Shown here: piece after piece, positions 29,385 through 32,000 of the stretch
Layout: each line of letters opens with the position of its first letter
Numbering within the stretch: position 1 is the stretch's first letter
DNA from: Nakamurella sp.
GTDB lineage: Bacteria > Actinomycetota > Actinomycetes > Mycobacteriales > Nakamurellaceae
Length of the DNA: 32,000 nt
NCBI GenBank assembly: GCA_965277905.1
Contig: CBDIDW010000006.1
Coordinates: 83,410-115,409 of the forward strand
Direction: 5' to 3'
The notes under the pieces: model-generated
The model's input: the letters and a program-made list of their open reading frames with translations, nothing else
What the model was told of the DNA's origin: nothing
The model's database searches: none
Translations under genes and position numbers: made by a program

Positions 29385-29891
29385 TCAACTATCCATGGTG
29401 ACCGGCTGCCGGTGCCGGCCCACGAATCCGTCCACCGACAGCGGTGTCTCACTACGCCAGATGAGCCATCCGGCCAGGGCCAGAAAGCCCACGTCACGCA
29501 GGATTTCCAGGGTGTAGGTGGTCGCCCCGGTAGTGACCTGTCCGCCACCGCCGAAACAGCCGCAGTCGATCGACAGCCCTCGCGCCGCGGCCGAAATCAC
29601 GCCGGCAATGAACGCGAGCAAGAGCACTGCGCCGAGCACTGCGGCGAGTCGGGTGGCCATTCCGACCAGCAACAGCAGCCCCACCCCGATCTCCAGGAAG
29701 GGGAGCACCGCCGCGATCGCGGACGCGACCGACGAGGAGAACAGCCGGTAGCCCCGCACCGCGACCAGGGTCTCCCGAGGATCAAGGGCCTTGACCGTGC
29801 CCGAGGTCAGGAACACCGCCGCCAGACCCAGCCGCGCGAGCAAGCCGATCACCGGCAATACCCGCGGGGACGCGGACCCTGGTTGAGCCAC
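29385..29891 (-). CDS. MauE/DoxX family redox-associated membrane protein
   Basis: Four TM helices and the conserved Cys cluster SIDCGCFGGGG are present. The gene lies directly upstream of the DsbA-like gene. GTG start. Confidence 0.8.
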   Translation of the reverse strand: MAQPGSASPRVLPVIGLLARLGLAAVFLTSGTVKALDPRETLVAVRGYRLFSSSVASAIAAVLPFLEIGVGLLLLVGMATRLAAVLGAVLLLAFIAGVISAAARGLSIDCGCFGGGGQVTTGATTYTLEILRDVGFLALAGWLIWRSETPLSVDGFVGRHRQPVTMDS

Positions 29892-29964
29892 GATTGCCGA
29901 GCCTAGAGCGACCCATGGTCAGGCAGCTGTGAGCGAGATTCGACAGGGATGAGAGGCGCCGGCC

Positions 29965-30639
29965 TCAGGACGTCTGGTCCGACGAGCCCGCTGGGCCGTC
30001 GATGTCCCAGCCGACGGCGGCCAGCCTCTCCTTCACGCGAGCCACATCCGACGGGTCCGGCATCTCGTTGGTGATCTTGGTGATCAGCACCCCGATGTCG
30101 ACGGTGTGCAACGGCGAATCCGGGTTCCGGTCGAGGTCGGCGACGATCCAGCCGATCTCCTCGTCGGTCAGCCGGCGGCGCATCAGTGCCAGCAGCGGAA
30201 AGTGGTCCTGCTCAGGGACACCGGTCGGGTAACCCGCCCGTAACCAGCTGACCACCGACGACAGCAGGGCTCGCCGCGGCGGCGAGCTGGGGGCACCGAC
30301 ACCGGATCGCTCCAAGGGCCACCCGGCCGCAGCGAGACGCCCGGCCACCGCGGCCACGTCGTCGTCGCTCGGCGGCTGTTGCGCGACCTGACCGATCGCC
30401 GCAGCGATGTCCGATCGGCCGACGGGCAGACTGTCCGACTCCTGCAGCAGGCCCAGGATCTGCTCCAGTTCCTGCTCGGTCAGCCGCCGGTGCAGCAACG
30501 CCACCAGCGGGATGTAGTCCTTGGGCGGCACACCCTCGGGGTAGCCCTTCCGCAACCAATTCAGGATCGCGGTGATCACACCGCCAGTCTGCCCGGCACC
30601 GGCGCTCGACCCGCCGGGCGACGCCTGCGTCGCCGTCAC
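29965..30639 (-). CDS. protein with two tandem DUF3349 domains
   Basis: Domain 1 is ILNWLRKGYPEGVPPKDYIPLVALLHRRLTEQELEQI. Domain 2 is VVSWLRAGYPTGVPEQDHFPLLALMRRRLTDEEIGWI. The GTG start lies 1 nt after the upstream gene stop. Confidence 0.8.
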   Translation of the reverse strand: MTATQASPGGSSAGAGQTGGVITAILNWLRKGYPEGVPPKDYIPLVALLHRRLTEQELEQILGLLQESDSLPVGRSDIAAAIGQVAQQPPSDDDVAAVAGRLAAAGWPLERSGVGAPSSPPRRALLSSVVSWLRAGYPTGVPEQDHFPLLALMRRRLTDEEIGWIVADLDRNPDSPLHTVDIGVLITKITNEMPDPSDVARVKERLAAVGWDIDGPAGSSDQTS

Positions 30640-30640
30640 C

Positions 30641-30895
30641 TCAGGACAGACCGAACTTGGCCAGGAATGCCTTGGTCGCGGTCAGGATGATGAGGCCGAC
30701 CACGACGACCACCGCAATGATGGCGAAGCACACGGTCGAACCGGCTCGATTCAGTACCGAGACCGCCCCGCCGTTGGCCGAGGGTGCATTCAGTCGGATC
30801 CCGACCGCGAAGAGGGCGGGCAGCCCTGCGCCTAGGACGAGCCCCACCAGCAGGACCTTCCAGATGGGCGCGACCGACGTCCACACAGCGGACAT
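30641..30895 (-). CDS. small two-TM membrane protein (84 aa)
   Basis: The ATG at 30895 has GAAAGAGG 8 nt upstream. The sequence is MSAVWTSVAPIWKVLLVGLVLGAGLPALFAV...CFAIIAVVVVVGLIILTA. Its position between pit and DUF3349 mirrors the mycobacterial arrangement. The track start at 31027 overlaps pit. Confidence 0.65.
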   Translation of the reverse strand: MSAVWTSVAPIWKVLLVGLVLGAGLPALFAVGIRLNAPSANGGAVSVLNRAGSTVCFAIIAVVVVVGLIILTATKAFLAKFGLS

Positions 30896-30926
30896 GGTGT
30901 GTACCTCTTTCTCGAATGGGTGCGGG

Positions 30927-32000
30927 TCAGCCGATGCCGACGGGGGTCTTCTGGTCTTCGCCGACCTGCTCCGACTCAACCTTGGCGTCCCACTCGTCAT
31001 TGACGTTCTCGGCGGTGACGGGCGCACGGCGCGACCGCAGGTAGATCAGCGTGGACACGCCCACGAGCAGGGCGAAGACGACCAGGATGCCGAGCAGGCC
31101 GTCGACCGGACCCGCGAGCACGTGGGTGATCCACCAGCAGAATGCTCCGACCAGGGCTGCCACCGGCATGGTCGTCAGCCAGCCCAACGCCATCCGACCG
31201 GCGACACCCCAGCGAACCTGGGCTCCCCGCTTGCCCACGCCGCTGCCCAGGATGGAACCGGTGGCCACGTGCGTGGTGGACAGGGCCACACCCAGATGTG
31301 ACGAGGTCATGATGATCACGGCACTGGCCGTCTCGGCGGCCATGCCCTGGGGAGCGGCGATCTCCACCAGGCCCTTGCCCAGGGTCCGGATCACCCGCCA
31401 GCCACCCAGGTAGGTGCCCAGCGCGATGGCCCCGGCGCATCCCACCTTGACCCAGACGGGGATTCCGTCACTGCTGCTCAACGCCCCGTCGGCGACCAGG
31501 GCCAGGAAGATGACGCCCATCGTCTTCTGCGCGTCACCGGTGCCGTGGGCCAGCGAGACCAACGTGGCCGACCCGATCTGCCCCCACCGGAAACCGCGGT
31601 CGCGAGGCTTGTCGGCCATCCGACCGGTGATCCCGTACACCAGCCGGGTGCCGATCGAGGAGATGAGCAGCGCGATGAACGGCGAGAGCACGGCCGGAAT
31701 GACGATCAGGGTGATGACCAAGGTCCAGTCGACGCCGGAGAACCCCAGCCCGGCGATGGTCGCGCCGATGAGCCCGCCGAACAGCGCGTGCGAGGAACTC
31801 GAGGGCAGGCCCAGCAGCCAGGTGAACAGGTTCCACAGGATGCCGCCGACCAGCCCGGCGAACACGATGGTCATCAGGAGTTGATGGCCACCTGATTGGC
31901 CGAAGAACGTCATCGGGTCACCCGCGTGGTGGACCGTTCCGGACGCGTCCGTGGTCGTCTTGGTGTATTGGATCTTGACGACCTTCGAGACCGTCTTGGC
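30927..32000 (-). CDS. pit: inorganic phosphate transporter, PiT family (5' end lies beyond the window)
   Basis: Family segments are present: GLPSSSSHALFGGLIGA, QIGSATLVSLAHGTGDAQKTMGVIFLAL, GGWRVIRTLGKGL and STTHVATGSILGSGVG. The reading frame stays open from 31913 to the window edge at 32000. Confidence 0.9.
   Translation of the reverse strand, partial: AKTVSKVVKIQYTKTTTDASGTVHHAGDPMTFFGQSGGHQLLMTIVFAGLVGGILWNLFTWLLGLPSSSSHALFGGLIGATIAGLGFSGVDWTLVITLIVIPAVLSPFIALLISSIGTRLVYGITGRMADKPRDRGFRWGQIGSATLVSLAHGTGDAQKTMGVIFLALVADGALSSSDGIPVWVKVGCAGAIALGTYLGGWRVIRTLGKGLVEIAAPQGMAAETASAVIIMTSSHLGVALSTTHVATGSILGSGVGKRGAQVRWGVAGRMALGWLTTMPVAALVGAFCWWITHVLAGPVDGLLGILVVFALLVGVSTLIYLRSRRAPVTAENVNDEWDAKVESEQVGEDQKTPVGIG

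Overview
High-GC (about 70%) chromosomal segment from an actinobacterium (Actinomycetota); the genus cannot be assigned from sequence alone. Most of the window is densely packed core genome. From memory, three blocks match gene orders I know in Mycobacterium. The first is clpS-DUF2017-mec-cysO-cysM-rhomboid-murI-rph-rdgB on the minus strand, with divergent pncB-pncA (like Rv1330c-Rv1341). The second is serB-ctaD (like Rv3042c-Rv3043c). The third is pit-small TM protein-DUF3349 (like Rv0545c-Rv0543c). Other core genes include an L,D-transpeptidase lipoprotein, an epimerase/Gfo-Idh-MocA oxidoreductase pair, bcp, amylosucrase, a flavin monooxygenase and a DsbA/MauE pair. The accessory part is the first ~6 kb. 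It holds a tyrosine integrase next to the 3' end of tRNA-Lys(CTT), a translationally coupled recombinase-like paralog that lacks the catalytic C-terminus, and two coupled small genes of unknown function. Beyond these lie a gene-decay zone with a frameshifted, 5'-truncated methyltransferase remnant and a secreted RTX-repeat protein. Three sequence-level oddities stand out. (1) A 74-nt tRNA has a clean cloverleaf and anticodon TAG (nominally Leu) but only a 5-nt variable loop. (2) CysO carries 9 extra residues after the canonical AVAGG terminus, created by a 27-bp in-frame duplication that ends in a second VAGG. (3) A perfect 18-bp tandem direct repeat lies between serB and a double PTH2-like gene. 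No CRISPR array, rRNA or transposase was found. Many long ORFs in the track are Arg/Pro/Gly-rich antisense or out-of-frame artefacts of the high GC content and are not reported.
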